Virus record (IMG/VR): IMGVR_UViG_3300029288_000054
Location: 134,607-198,606 of that record
Direction: 5' to 3' (one strand)
DNA length: 64,000 bases
Origin: a virus
Lineage: Duplodnaviria; Heunggongvirae; Uroviricota; Caudoviricetes
Shown: piece by piece, positions 26,302 to 35,283 of the stretch
How the letters are laid out: each line of letters begins with the position of its first letter
How positions within the stretch are numbered: the first letter of the stretch is position 1
Position numbers and translations under genes: made by a program
The notes under the pieces: model-generated
What the model saw: only the letters and a program-made list of their open reading frames with translations
What the model was told of the DNA's origin: nothing
The model's database searches: none

Positions 26302-26768
26302 TGCGAGTACACACCACCACTGGAACGATGTTTACCCGGCTCCGAGACGTCAATTCGGAGAAGGCTGGGGAAGTCGGCGTCGACATTCAGAATGACAATG
26401 ACTGCGGCGTCGGTATCTATGTCGATCAGCATTCGACCAAGACAGCCGCCGACGACCACCCCGATGCCGTTGTCTACTTGGAGATCGAGAACGGTCGACC
26501 AATTCTTCGAGTGTGGGCCGATATCAACAGCGAAGAACCGACACACACCATCGACCTTTCGGGTGCACATGTCAATCATCGCCTGTCGACCTTCAAGGGG
26601 AATCTTTACTACCTGGATGAGGAGAAGGTCAAGCACCATCTTGGTGCCTTCGAGGAGCAGGCCGAGACCGCTGTGGCACTTGAGAAGAAGGTCCTCAACC
26701 AACTTTGGGATGACCGGCTCGATGCGGCCAGTTGCTCGCCTCACTTTGAGTACGAGATAGTCGGCTAG
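26298..26768 (+). CDS. hypothetical phage protein
   Basis: LRVWADINSEEPTHTIDLSGA motif. Confidence 0.7.
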   Translation: MMRVHTTTGTMFTRLRDVNSEKAGEVGVDIQNDNDCGVGIYVDQHSTKTAADDHPDAVVYLEIENGRPILRVWADINSEEPTHTIDLSGAHVNHRLSTFKGNLYYLDEEKVKHHLGAFEEQAETAVALEKKVLNQLWDDRLDAASCSPHFEYEIVG

Positions 26769-26821
26769 TTTCCATTTTGGAAACCGAACATGGTAGATAA
26801 GGGTCAGGAGGACCATCTACC

Positions 26822-27130
26822 ATGGCCGTAAGATTGTTTAAGCTTTCGAGTGGTGAGCTTATCATCACCGAAACAGACAGTGAGCAGATCGAAGTAGACG
26901 GGCGGCAGTGTCTTGTTATCAACAAGCCGCTCCAAGTGCTCATAATGGAGCAAGGCATCGCACTAAGAATGTGGATGCCTTGTGATCTATCTCGCCCCCT
27001 CAACCTTCATGTCGATTCGATTGCCGCTGATGCTGTGGCACCTGAACCGTTTGCGAGGGAATACCAATCGAAATTCAACGCGGCCAACATCGTCACACCG
27101 CCAGAGCCTAAGTTAGTCGTTCCCGGCTAG
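26822..27130 (+). CDS. Sm-like / SH3-barrel phage protein (tentative)
   Basis: RLFKLSSGELII...INKPLQV...WMP resembles small beta-barrel proteins of T4-like phages. Confidence 0.5.
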   Translation: MAVRLFKLSSGELIITETDSEQIEVDGRQCLVINKPLQVLIMEQGIALRMWMPCDLSRPLNLHVDSIAADAVAPEPFAREYQSKFNAANIVTPPEPKLVVPG

Positions 27131-27277
27131 TGGCTTGACGGTGATCACGAATTGTTCGTTGGTCTGAACGTGTATCGTGCAATAGTCCTCGTCGCACGAA
27201 ACGTCGGCGATGCCGTGTTTCTTGTATTCCTGTGCGAGGAAATCGTAGATCAGCTTCCCTAGCTCACTTTGTGGCAT
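27113..27277 (-). CDS. 54-aa hypothetical protein
   Basis: Manual translation MPQSELGKLIYDFLAQEY...; follows the SWIM gene. Confidence 0.45.
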   Translation of the reverse strand: MPQSELGKLIYDFLAQEYKKHGIADVSCDEDYCTIHVQTNEQFVITVKPLAGND

Positions 27278-27279
27278 AG

Positions 27280-27705
27280 TTAGTCGAGGTAAATAGTCCG
27301 GATGACGCCCACTTCTGGTAGGGCAGTCGTATCCAAGGCTGGTCCGGTGCCGCCAAAGTAAGGCGTGAAAGCTTGGGCGAGACGCAACAGCTTGTGTTGG
27401 AAGGCTTGGGACGATTCACACGACGCCTTGATGGGGTCGTAGCAGCCAGCCGTCCGTAAGCACTTCTCGACGATCTGCACATCGGTCAATTCGGCAACTT
27501 TCTGGGTCTTGCCGTTCTCGACAAAGTAGGCTTTGATGTGCTTGCAGGACTTCGGAACCTCTTTAGAGAAGATGAAGCCCTTGCAGTTGCAATGGTGAAT
27601 GCCTTCTTTGAGCCGGATCAAGTATTCCTCACCGCTTGAACGACTCGCAAAGCGGAAGACAACTGGCCCGTATTTCTGGATTTTGTCGTTTTCGGTCATC
27701 GCCAT
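27280..27705 (-). CDS. SWIM zinc-finger protein
   Basis: Y.I...HCNCKGF...SCKHIKA (CxC...CxH). Confidence 0.75.
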   Translation of the reverse strand: MAMTENDKIQKYGPVVFRFASRSSGEEYLIRLKEGIHHCNCKGFIFSKEVPKSCKHIKAYFVENGKTQKVAELTDVQIVEKCLRTAGCYDPIKASCESSQAFQHKLLRLAQAFTPYFGGTGPALDTTALPEVGVIRTIYLD

Positions 27706-27747
27706 AGTGGTTCTCCTACTTCGTTATAGCACGACTCGCTACACCCT

Positions 27748-28116
27748 TCAACCTTTGCTGTATCCCGGCATCGTCCGGATAGCAGCGGCGAGAATCTTGG
27801 CCTTCGACATGTCGCCAGCTTCCACGGCGTCGAGAAGGTGGAAAAATACCGCCCTTGCTTCTTGGTTGACTGGCTCGACTAGTGGCGTCGTCATGCCCTT
27901 TCGCTGCCGCATAGCAATCAGAGCCGGATGGTCAGGATTGGCGTGGCCGACGACGGTTGGGCGGTGCTTCGGACCGAATTTGTATTGGGCACCTTGTCCC
28001 TTGACCAGGACGCCGACGAACGGGTTGGCTGGTCGATTCGGTTTGATATCGACAACGACCATCTGCTGTCGATCACCGTAAAGCTGCACGATATCGAAAA
28101 GCTTGATCTCTGGCAT
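27748..28116 (-). CDS. hypothetical protein
   Basis: AGGAGA RBS before MPEIKLFDIV. Confidence 0.7.
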   Translation of the reverse strand: MPEIKLFDIVQLYGDRQQMVVVDIKPNRPANPFVGVLVKGQGAQYKFGPKHRPTVVGHANPDHPALIAMRQRKGMTTPLVEPVNQEARAVFFHLLDAVEAGDMSKAKILAAAIRTMPGYSKG

Positions 28117-28136
28117 CGAGGTCGTTATGGTTCTCC

Positions 28137-28202
28137 TCATGGCTTCCAATCCCGCTTGGATTTGGGGTTCGGATGGATAGGAGCAAAATCGGTGGCTTGC
28201 AT
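28137..28202 (-). CDS. 21-aa micropeptide
   Basis: MQATDFAPIHPNPKSKRDWKP; first ORF after the promoter at 28238, GGGAGA RBS. Confidence 0.45.
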   Translation of the reverse strand: MQATDFAPIHPNPKSKRDWKP

Positions 28203-28237
28203 GTCGTTCTCCCTGTGTGATGGTTCCCTTGTACTTG

Positions 28238-28266
28238 GTTATAGCACGAACAGAGGGAACTATTAA
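28238..28266 (-). promoter_or_regulatory. phage promoter
   Basis: TTAATA-17-TATAAC. Confidence 0.8.
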
Positions 28267-28276
28267 CCAGAAACCA

Positions 28277-28519
28277 TCAGAACCCATTCTGCTTGAGCCA
28301 TTCGACTTCGGCAGCAAGCGCGTCTGACCGTAATCGTCGAGGTTCCAGCTTCGGACCACCGACCGGCGACATGTCGGCTTGCCACATAATGTCACCGGTT
28401 ATGCTCTTGACCGGCTCCACGTGACTTGCACGGCTGATTGTGGTTTCGCCTTCCTCGTAGAGGGCAGCTAGAGCGTCGTTGTGAATCGCTCCGATGCTGC
28501 CGTCTTCATGGATCGTCAT
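28277..28519 (-). CDS. conserved hypothetical protein (RASHVEP motif)
   Basis: IHEDGSI...ISRASHVEP...WQADMSPVGGP...RSDALAAEVEWL; a family I recall next to DUF2997/DUF1257. Confidence 0.75.
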   Translation of the reverse strand: MTIHEDGSIGAIHNDALAALYEEGETTISRASHVEPVKSITGDIMWQADMSPVGGPKLEPRRLRSDALAAEVEWLKQNGF

Positions 28520-28520
28520 T

Positions 28521-28703
28521 TCAATGGTGCACATGGTTTGCCGTGGTCTGCTGGTACATTTCGGGGGTGGGTTTGTCGGCGGTGACAGTGCCGAGGGCAC
28601 GTTCGACGGTTTTCGTGACGTCTTTGCAGGCTGTTCCAGCCACGCCATTCACCTTGATGGTTGGCGTCCCGTCAGGAGCGATTGTGATTTCAACGACTTG
28701 CAT
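28521..28703 (-). CDS. DUF2997 family protein
   Basis: VEITIAPDG...VNGVAGTACKDVTKTVERALG....KPTPEMY. Confidence 0.85.
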   Translation of the reverse strand: MQVVEITIAPDGTPTIKVNGVAGTACKDVTKTVERALGTVTADKPTPEMYQQTTANHVHH

Positions 28704-28713
28704 GGTTGGTTCC

Positions 28714-29157
28714 TTATCGTTTTGTGCAGACGAGCCGCACATTGCCATTCTGGTCTTGCTTCTCGCTGGTTGCCCATCCCTGGTTTCGCATGGTCTTGGT
28801 GGCGACGGCCACGCCATAGCGTTGTTTCAGATGTGCCATCCCTTGACCAAATACCTTGGTCAGACCACCAGCTTGCCACTCGTCGGCGACGACCCGGAAA
28901 GAGCCGTTTTCTTGCTTGACCAAGCCGATGTCGTAGCTGCACTGTGGGTGGCTGATGACGTGATCACACTTACCGTAGTTCTCAGGCTTGATGCCTTGAC
29001 GATACGCGGCGTTGTCCGCGCTGTAGTCGTTCATCCAGCGGCCATACCACCGGAATGTCTTCTGGTCCCTGACAAGTTCGGCTCCGAGAGCTTTCGCAGC
29101 CGTTTCGAGGGCTTGCAGGTCCTTCACTTCGAGTTGAATTGCTACTACGTGCGACAT
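28714..29157 (-). CDS. DUF1257 (Ycf35-like) family protein
   Basis: MSH...DLQALETA...YDIGL...ADEW...LKQRYGV...QGW...GNVRLV. Confidence 0.8.
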   Translation of the reverse strand: MSHVVAIQLEVKDLQALETAAKALGAELVRDQKTFRWYGRWMNDYSADNAAYRQGIKPENYGKCDHVISHPQCSYDIGLVKQENGSFRVVADEWQAGGLTKVFGQGMAHLKQRYGVAVATKTMRNQGWATSEKQDQNGNVRLVCTKR

Positions 29158-29202
29158 AGTTGGTTCTCCTGTACCTCGTTATAGCACGAGGTGACTATTT
29201 CT

Positions 29203-29571
29203 TTAATCGAGGTTGATGACCCTAGGGGCGTCAAGGTCGGGTATTTCTAGGGGCTTCGGCTTGTTTTGTATATCAGGTGGCGGGGGTGTCGTTGCCATCG
29301 GCATAGCTGTCGTTGGTGGCCAATATCCGGTCGAACCGCCATAGTACCCAGTTGCCCCAGAACCCCAAGAAGCCGTCATCGAGTCCGTGAAAGGCGTCGT
29401 TGTATCGGTGCCCTGTTCGAAGTAAATCGGCTCGTTGTCGGTTGTGTGGTCGAACAGCCCGCTATTGCTGAGGTTCGAGCCATCTGACCCGTAAAAGATA
29501 GCTCGAACCGTTCGATATGGCCAAGAGAAAACACGCCAGAAACTATTCGTCGTCATCTTCATCGTCGTCAA
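29203..29571 (-). CDS. hypothetical Thr/Gly/Pro-rich protein
   Basis: 122-aa ORF overlapping the upstream gene end. Confidence 0.5.
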   Translation of the reverse strand: MTTMKMTTNSFWRVFSWPYRTVRAIFYGSDGSNLSNSGLFDHTTDNEPIYFEQGTDTTTPFTDSMTASWGSGATGYYGGSTGYWPPTTAMPMATTPPPPDIQNKPKPLEIPDLDAPRVINLD

Positions 29572-30511
29572 GGTGAAGAACTCGATTCGGTAACTCCTGC
29601 AGGAGTTTGTCCAAGTTCTCTTTCACCACTGACATACGTGAAGCAACGAAGGATGAAGCCTCTTCGTCTTCCCGGATTGATTCCGGAGTGCGACCGGCGA
29701 GAACCTCTTTGGCTTCGTCGGCAAGCAGAGCCAACTCCTTATCGCCGCAGACGTTGCGGGCAGAGAATAGCTCCAGGAAATCGACGATCTTGGTGATGGT
29801 CGTGGCAGCGAACTTCTTGCGGCTCCCATCGGGTCCGGGGGTCAGACGCTCAACAAGGTGCTCGATGAGCTTGTGGAATCCGACACGGAGAGCAGCCTTG
29901 ACCTGCAGAGCCATGTCCTTGATCTCGTCCGTATGCCGCTTGTTTTCCTGGTAGGCAATCGCCTTGCTTACCTTCTTGTCGCTGGACGGCGACCAATCGA
30001 ACCAACGCCGCTCGACCCAGAACTTGGAACGAAGAGCCAGCCGACCTATCTCGGTGCTTACGTCGAAATAGTTGGTGGCATCGAACTGGTCTTTCAACTC
30101 AATCTTGGCTTCCTCTACCAAGTCGGCGTATTCGGCGACGAAGTGGTCAGCCCACGTGTTGTATGCCTGCTCTGCATTGTCGATCTTGTCGTTGAGATCG
30201 TCAACCAGCGGCAGTGGCATCAGGTGGGTGCCTTCCGAGAACGGAGAACCAGGTACCTCCCGCTTCTTGCAATAGCGGCGGAGATCACGAGCGATCAACA
30301 GCATGTCGTCGTAGTTCTCGCTTGTCATGATCTTCTTGTTGAGACCCAGACGATCCTTGTTGGCGGCTGTCTGAATCTTGGCGATGTTCCCCTTGCGAAT
30401 CAGGCCGGTCTTGTGAAACCGGAGTAATAGGCAAGTCGTAAGGTCGAGGATGTTCACTTCGGCCTTGTCTTCGGCTCTGGCTTCTTCGATGGCTGTCATT
30501 TTGTTCTCCAA
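29543..30511 (-). CDS. DUF3150-like helical protein (tentative)
   Basis: 322-aa helical protein with its own promoter; sits in the AAA/DUF1257/DUF2997 module. Confidence 0.55.
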   Translation of the reverse strand: MENKMTAIEEARAEDKAEVNILDLTTCLLLRFHKTGLIRKGNIAKIQTAANKDRLGLNKKIMTSENYDDMLLIARDLRRYCKKREVPGSPFSEGTHLMPLPLVDDLNDKIDNAEQAYNTWADHFVAEYADLVEEAKIELKDQFDATNYFDVSTEIGRLALRSKFWVERRWFDWSPSSDKKVSKAIAYQENKRHTDEIKDMALQVKAALRVGFHKLIEHLVERLTPGPDGSRKKFAATTITKIVDFLELFSARNVCGDKELALLADEAKEVLAGRTPESIREDEEASSFVASRMSVVKENLDKLLQELPNRVLHLDDDEDDDE

Positions 30512-30534
30512 TGTGGATTTCGTTCCGGTATTTA

Positions 30535-30563
30535 GTTATAGCACGAATACCGGGAATTATTAA
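30535..30563 (-). promoter_or_regulatory. phage promoter
   Basis: TTAATA-17-TATAAC. Confidence 0.8.
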
Positions 30564-30606
30564 CCCCGACAATCGCCCCCGCCGACCGGGGGCGACCGCC
30601 GACACC

Positions 30607-30891
30607 CTACCGCTTCGAGGGGTCCGCCAACTTCGGTTTCTTGGGGGTCTTGAACCGGACCACCTTGACGATCTGGTACCGGCGAGCCTCCCCAATCATG
30701 TAATCGCCATGCGGCCCCGTGAACAAACGATAATCCCCGACGAGCCGGTCGAACACAATCCAGACGTCCACGCGATGCTGGAACACCAGCGCACGAGCCT
30801 CACTGAGCAAGCCACGAGAACGGACAGCCGACAGCATATCAGCGTACAGCATGACACCACCAGGGCAAGAGGAAGAAATAGTAACCGCCAT
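30607..30891 (-). CDS. hypothetical protein
   Basis: Directly behind the promoter (-10 at 30898-30903). Confidence 0.55.
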   Translation of the reverse strand: MAVTISSSCPGGVMLYADMLSAVRSRGLLSEARALVFQHRVDVWIVFDRLVGDYRLFTGPHGDYMIGEARRYQIVKVVRFKTPKKPKLADPSKR

Positions 30892-31004
30892 CCCCTGGTT
30901 ATAGCACGGCGAGCGGGAATTATTAACCGCTGCAGAGAGCAGCGAAAGAGGACGCCCCTGGTTGGACGACGACGAGCCATCCAACCAGGGGCAAACACAC
31001 AGGA

Positions 31005-32591
31005 TTAGCCTAGGTTCAAAGCCCGTTCCGGCTCGACCTTCTTCGGAATCTTGTAGACGCCCTCATGGCTGGCAGACAGGTAACGGTTGTCTGCTGACGC
31101 CCGAAGGCTTTGAATTTCCTCTCGATCGGTCAGACCGACCGGCGTGATGTAGGTGGCAGCATCGGCAATCGAAATGTCCATTCGGAAAGCCTTGTCGCAG
31201 CACTTCTTGATATTACGAGCCACCCAGCCATCATCATCCGTGAAAGGTTCGTCGCCGATACCGTACTTCTTGAGCCACACATCCCAAATCGGACGACGTT
31301 CGACCTGTGGCGGAAGATCAAAGAAGAATGTGTCGGTGAATCGGGACTTCATGGCCGATGACAAGCCGCTGATGCTGTTGCTCGTCGCCAGCCACAGCGT
31401 ATCGGTGCCGCCGATGGCTTGCACTACCTTCAACGCCGCTCTGATGTTGGTTTGGCTCGAACCGACTAGCGAGTTCTGCATGGCTCCAAGGTCGATCCGG
31501 ATGACGACGCGATCAAACTCGGCTCCAACCGCCTTGCAGATGGCCGACTTGCCGCAACCAGGGACACCCAACAGCATGACGCCGAAGACGTCGAAATCTT
31601 CCATCCAGGAAAGCAGAACACCCTCTTGGTCCTGATTGACGCCGCTCGTGTCGCCACGAGCAGCCAAGCCGGTCTTCTCGATTTCGTCCAACCAGACGAT
31701 CACTTTCGGCTGCCGCTTGCCGGTCATGATGCGGCTCAAGTAGGTCTTGATTTGGTCAAGACCACCAAGGTCCGCGAATTTCTCACCACCCCGATGGATC
31801 GAAAGCCCCTTCGTCTGCTCGACCTGCTTCCGCTTCGCTATCCAGCAGTGTTCGAGATCGATGCCGAATTTCGGTTTCTGACCGGCGACCGGCTCACTAC
31901 GCAAGGCCATTGAAATAACCTGCTCTGCTCCGAAGTGAGGCAATCCCTTGACGGACTCGACAACACGACCAATCGCGTCGTCATCCGCCATCGGTCGCTT
32001 CGTCTTGACACCGGTGCCTTCGCATTTCTTGCAGGACGAACGTGGGGCATTCTTCCCCTGGTTCGTGCAGTCGCACTGACTTGCCAACTTGTCAAGCCCC
32101 TTTGCCAGCTTCGTCAGTTGTTCCTCATTGGGCATCGGCTCGTCGATGATGACGACATCGTTCTTGAGGTTGAGCGGCAAGACGATCACTTCGGACAGCA
32201 GGACGAGGGTCTTGCAGGACGCCTTGAACTTGTCGCGAAGATTCCAGACGGCTTGCTTGACGACCGGGTTTTCGAGCCAATCACAAGCACCCAGCATGAA
32301 AACGATCGTGTTTGCCGGTAGAGTATCCGGGTTGGCGAGTTGGCACAAGAACTCAATCGGCTGTGTGATCTGCGGGTTTTCGTTCAGAGCGGACGCCGAT
32401 TTCAACGCCGCTTGATTATGGCCCACAATCCCACTTGCCGCATTCCATGCCATCACGGGGGACGGGACGGGGATTTCGCTACATTCCTTCAACAACACGC
32501 TGATGGTAGCAGCAGCATCGTTCGATTCGATCCCGATAAGAGGGACACCTACGCGACGGGCAGCGATAAACTGTTCAGTGAAAGAGAGCAT
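31005..32591 (-). CDS. Ycf46-like AAA+ ATPase with permuted Walker motifs
   Basis: GGLDQIK, WLDEIEK, GVPGCGKS, LATSN, SRF and FFFDLP, with Walker B occurring before Walker A. Confidence 0.88.
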   Translation of the reverse strand: MLSFTEQFIAARRVGVPLIGIESNDAAATISVLLKECSEIPVPSPVMAWNAASGIVGHNQAALKSASALNENPQITQPIEFLCQLANPDTLPANTIVFMLGACDWLENPVVKQAVWNLRDKFKASCKTLVLLSEVIVLPLNLKNDVVIIDEPMPNEEQLTKLAKGLDKLASQCDCTNQGKNAPRSSCKKCEGTGVKTKRPMADDDAIGRVVESVKGLPHFGAEQVISMALRSEPVAGQKPKFGIDLEHCWIAKRKQVEQTKGLSIHRGGEKFADLGGLDQIKTYLSRIMTGKRQPKVIVWLDEIEKTGLAARGDTSGVNQDQEGVLLSWMEDFDVFGVMLLGVPGCGKSAICKAVGAEFDRVVIRIDLGAMQNSLVGSSQTNIRAALKVVQAIGGTDTLWLATSNSISGLSSAMKSRFTDTFFFDLPPQVERRPIWDVWLKKYGIGDEPFTDDDGWVARNIKKCCDKAFRMDISIADAATYITPVGLTDREEIQSLRASADNRYLSASHEGVYKIPKKVEPERALNLG

Positions 32592-32639
32592 GACTTTGTA
32601 TCCTGTGTGTTCGGGGCGGACCTCCCGCCCTCATACTTG

Positions 32640-32668
32640 GTTATAGCACGAACAAAGGGAATTATTAA
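32640..32668 (-). promoter_or_regulatory. phage promoter
   Basis: TTAATA-17-TATAAC. Confidence 0.8.
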
Positions 32669-32674
32669 CCGAGG

Positions 32675-32971
32675 CTATCGGCGTAACTCCCCGATGGCTT
32701 CCTCGACCATTTGGGTAAAATACCCGCTGTTGTTGAGGAAATCGTCGGCATTCTTATAGGAGCAATTGCTCAAGAAGGCGGTTCCTTCGTGTGCTCCTAG
32801 CGTTGCCTTGATGCGGACACAGCACCAGCCCCATCGCCCCTCTGCCGTCTTCATCATCTCACGTACGGCTTTCGCGTAGCCCTTCATCGACCCCGTACGC
32901 TTCTCGGATTGTTCCGGTGTCTCGTCATCCGGAAGAGCTTCCATAACGATCGTCAGTTTCGTCGCCATCAT
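32675..32971 (-). CDS. hypothetical protein
   Basis: Starts MMATKL after the cassette RBS AGGAGA. Confidence 0.7.
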   Translation of the reverse strand: MMATKLTIVMEALPDDETPEQSEKRTGSMKGYAKAVREMMKTAEGRWGWCCVRIKATLGAHEGTAFLSNCSYKNADDFLNNSGYFTQMVEEAIGELRR

Positions 32972-33047
32972 CGATTCTCCTGTGTGTCGGAGCGGTACTC
33001 CCGCCTCGTACTTAATTATAGCACGAGCGAAAGTAATTATTAACCGG
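32966..33047 (-). repeat. promoter-stem-loop-RBS cassette, copy 1
   Basis: 82 nt, near-identical to 33370..33451. Confidence 0.85.
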
Positions 33048-33375
33048 CTCGACAGGGCTTCGGCGTCACCTTCCATCGGTTGCTGAGAAGAGCTTCCAGA
33101 TGCGTTTTGTCCAGTATGCTGTGTGTCATCAGGGTGGGATTGACGTTATCGGGCAGGTTGTCAAGCGCGTTCTGGAAGACGAAGGCAACCTCGACGGTCC
33201 CCGAATGCGGCTCTTCCCAAAGATGCACTTTGCAATGCTTCATCAGCATTTCGCGATTGCTGCCCTTTTCGATCTTGAACTCTGGACCAAGCTTTCGCAA
33301 AAGCCGATCTCGCCAAGTTGTGGGAGCGACACCAACATCACCCTCTAAAGAGCAAGCTCTGTAATCTAGCATCAT
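33040..33375 (-). CDS. hypothetical protein
   Basis: Starts MMLDYRAC after the same cassette RBS. Confidence 0.7.
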   Translation of the reverse strand: MMLDYRACSLEGDVGVAPTTWRDRLLRKLGPEFKIEKGSNREMLMKHCKVHLWEEPHSGTVEVAFVFQNALDNLPDNVNPTLMTHSILDKTHLEALLSNRWKVTPKPCRAG

Positions 33376-33451
33376 CGATTCTCCTGTGTGTCGGAGCGGT
33401 ACCCCGCCCTCGTACTTGGTTATAGCACGACGAGCGGGAACTATTAACCGG
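33370..33451 (-). repeat. promoter-stem-loop-RBS cassette, copy 2
   Basis: Shares CATCATCGATTCTCCTGTGTGTCGGAGCGGTAC...TTATAGCACGA...TATTAACCGG with copy 1. Confidence 0.85.
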
Positions 33452-33695
33452 ACCGTCTGAATACTCAAACAGCCATGGCGACGACAAGCCACCATGGCTG
33501 TTGCACAGGAACACTATTTCGGTTTCTCGTAGTTGACTGGCGGACCGTCCCACATTCGAACAGGTCGAGCAGGATAAAGCACTATCTCGCCTTGCTCGTT
33601 CAGCTTCACCATCCCTAGGGTGTTGCCAACGCCGTCCTTCAACTTCGTCAACTTAGAAGTCAACTTAATCTGTTTTGTTTCCATTTAGGAAAGGG

Positions 33696-33944
33696 CTAAA
33701 CCACTCCTATTGGCAAGTCGGTCTTTTCGGTTGTCACCTTACCGCCGTTTCGGACAGCCCAATCGGCACGATTAGCGAAATCCCTTTGGGCGTCTCGGTC
33801 GTCCCAGTCGATGACCCGCTTGTGACACTCGCCTGTGTCGGCATAAAAGACAGTGCAGAGGACTTTCAACACGATTCGTTCCTTTCCAGTCAGGAAACTA
33901 CCACTCGCCGATGATCTTGCGTAGCTCCTTTTCAAAGTCGTCAC
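33696..33944 (-). CDS. hypothetical protein
   Basis: 82-aa ORF in a minus-strand run. Confidence 0.55.
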   Translation of the reverse strand: MTTLKRSYARSSASGSFLTGKERIVLKVLCTVFYADTGECHKRVIDWDDRDAQRDFANRADWAVRNGGKVTTEKTDLPIGVV

Positions 33945-34239
33945 TACGCCACGAGTTCAGGCCGAACTCGATGACACCAGCACCCAGCTTATCGCGGTCA
34001 AATACGGCCACATTCCCCTTGTCCTTGAAGACTGTCGCCACCATCCTGTAGCGTTCTCCGTCAAGGATGGTATCGAAGGTAACGACACAAAAGCCGTTAC
34101 CGGTTATGCCGTTTCTGTGGTAGGCTTTTTCAGCCGTTCCAGGAACGACAGCAACATCCCGGCTCTTCCCGGACCATTTCGGCACCGCAACCGGACCGAG
34201 TTTCACTTTGCCAATGGCTTCACGTTGATGGCTTCTCAT
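33898..34239 (-). CDS. hypothetical protein
   Basis: 113-aa ORF with GGGAGA RBS. Confidence 0.7.
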   Translation of the reverse strand: MRSHQREAIGKVKLGPVAVPKWSGKSRDVAVVPGTAEKAYHRNGITGNGFCVVTFDTILDGERYRMVATVFKDKGNVAVFDRDKLGAGVIEFGLNSWRSDDFEKELRKIIGEW

Positions 34240-34262
34240 GCTCTCCCTTTCCAGCTAGGAAA

Positions 34263-34511
34263 CTAGCCCACATCCTCGACGACCACATAACTGAGGGTGT
34301 AAAGCGGGTCTTCGTTCTCGAATTCGGCTCTGGTCAGATAGACTTCACCGGTTTCATCGTCGGCGTCGATTTCAAGCGGCTCTGTATCTTGAGCCTCCTT
34401 GACCATCTGTTCGGCGATTTCAGCGATACGGACCAGGGTCAACTGCTTTGTCGACCTGATGGCCAGTATCTCGTTCTGGTAGTCCATCTGGTTGCGGACG
34501 ATCACGAACAT
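34263..34511 (-). CDS. acidic hypothetical protein
   Basis: AGGAGA RBS. Confidence 0.7.
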   Translation of the reverse strand: MFVIVRNQMDYQNEILAIRSTKQLTLVRIAEIAEQMVKEAQDTEPLEIDADDETGEVYLTRAEFENEDPLYTLSYVVVEDVG

Positions 34512-34636
34512 AGTCGTTCTCCTGTGTTAGTTCTGGCTGGCGGTGACGGCAGGGAGGGTGCAAGCACCGGTGCTGACGTGGAGGACAGCCAGAACCGACA
34601 CCCTCCCCCATTGCTGGGGGAGGACGGATGGCGGAA

Positions 34637-34819
34637 CTAGATCGAGCAGACGACGGGAATTGCCGCCATCAGCTTGTCTTCGCTGGCACAGAGGGCCATG
34701 TCGACCAACGTGCGGGCACGGTCTTCGTCGGCGGCTGTCGGTTCCCGATCAACGGCGATCTTGGCTACGACGTTGTTGACGAGGCGGCTGACGGTCTTGT
34801 TCAGGTCTTTCTTGGTCAT
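34637..34819 (-). CDS. hypothetical protein
   Basis: First gene after the promoter at 34900-34928. Confidence 0.65.
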   Translation of the reverse strand: MTKKDLNKTVSRLVNNVVAKIAVDREPTAADEDRARTLVDMALCASEDKLMAAIPVVCSI

Positions 34820-34899
34820 TTCGCGGAATCCTGTGTGAGTACCAGGGTCATGAGGGCCGGACCGAATTCGGTCGTCTCGTCACCCTCTCCCGGTACTTG

Positions 34900-34980
34900 G
34901 TTATAGCACGGCACGAGCCGGTCATTAATTCCCGCTTCGCCGACGAGCCGGTTAATAGTTCCCCTCTGTCGTGCTATAAC
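34900..34980. promoter_or_regulatory. divergent phage promoter pair
   Basis: Minus strand TTAATG-17-TATAAC (34900-34928) and plus strand TTAATA-17-TATAAC (34952-34980). Confidence 0.8.
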
Positions 34981-34998
34981 CAAGTAGGAGAAAAGAAC

Positions 34999-35283
34999 AT
35001 GACACCAGACGAGAAAAAAGAACTACGACGGTTGAAAAAAGCCGCTGCTGAAATCATCGAGCGGCACGGGATGGAAGACGTCATCGAACGTCTTGTCGAC
35101 AACGAGGTTAGTGCTTTCATCGACAGTAGCTCCACGGACAGAGCAGACATCTACGGCGACCTACTGCGTGATGGCTGCGTTGGCTACGATCACATGACCA
35201 AGACCCAACTCATCAACGAGATGGCGACTAGCTTCGGCTACCTCGTTGAAGAATGGGAAAACGAGGAGGACGAGGACGAATGA
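34999..35283 (+). CDS. acidic hypothetical protein
   Basis: AGGAG RBS before MTPDEKK. Confidence 0.75.
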   Translation: MTPDEKKELRRLKKAAAEIIERHGMEDVIERLVDNEVSAFIDSSSTDRADIYGDLLRDGCVGYDHMTKTQLINEMATSFGYLVEEWENEEDEDE

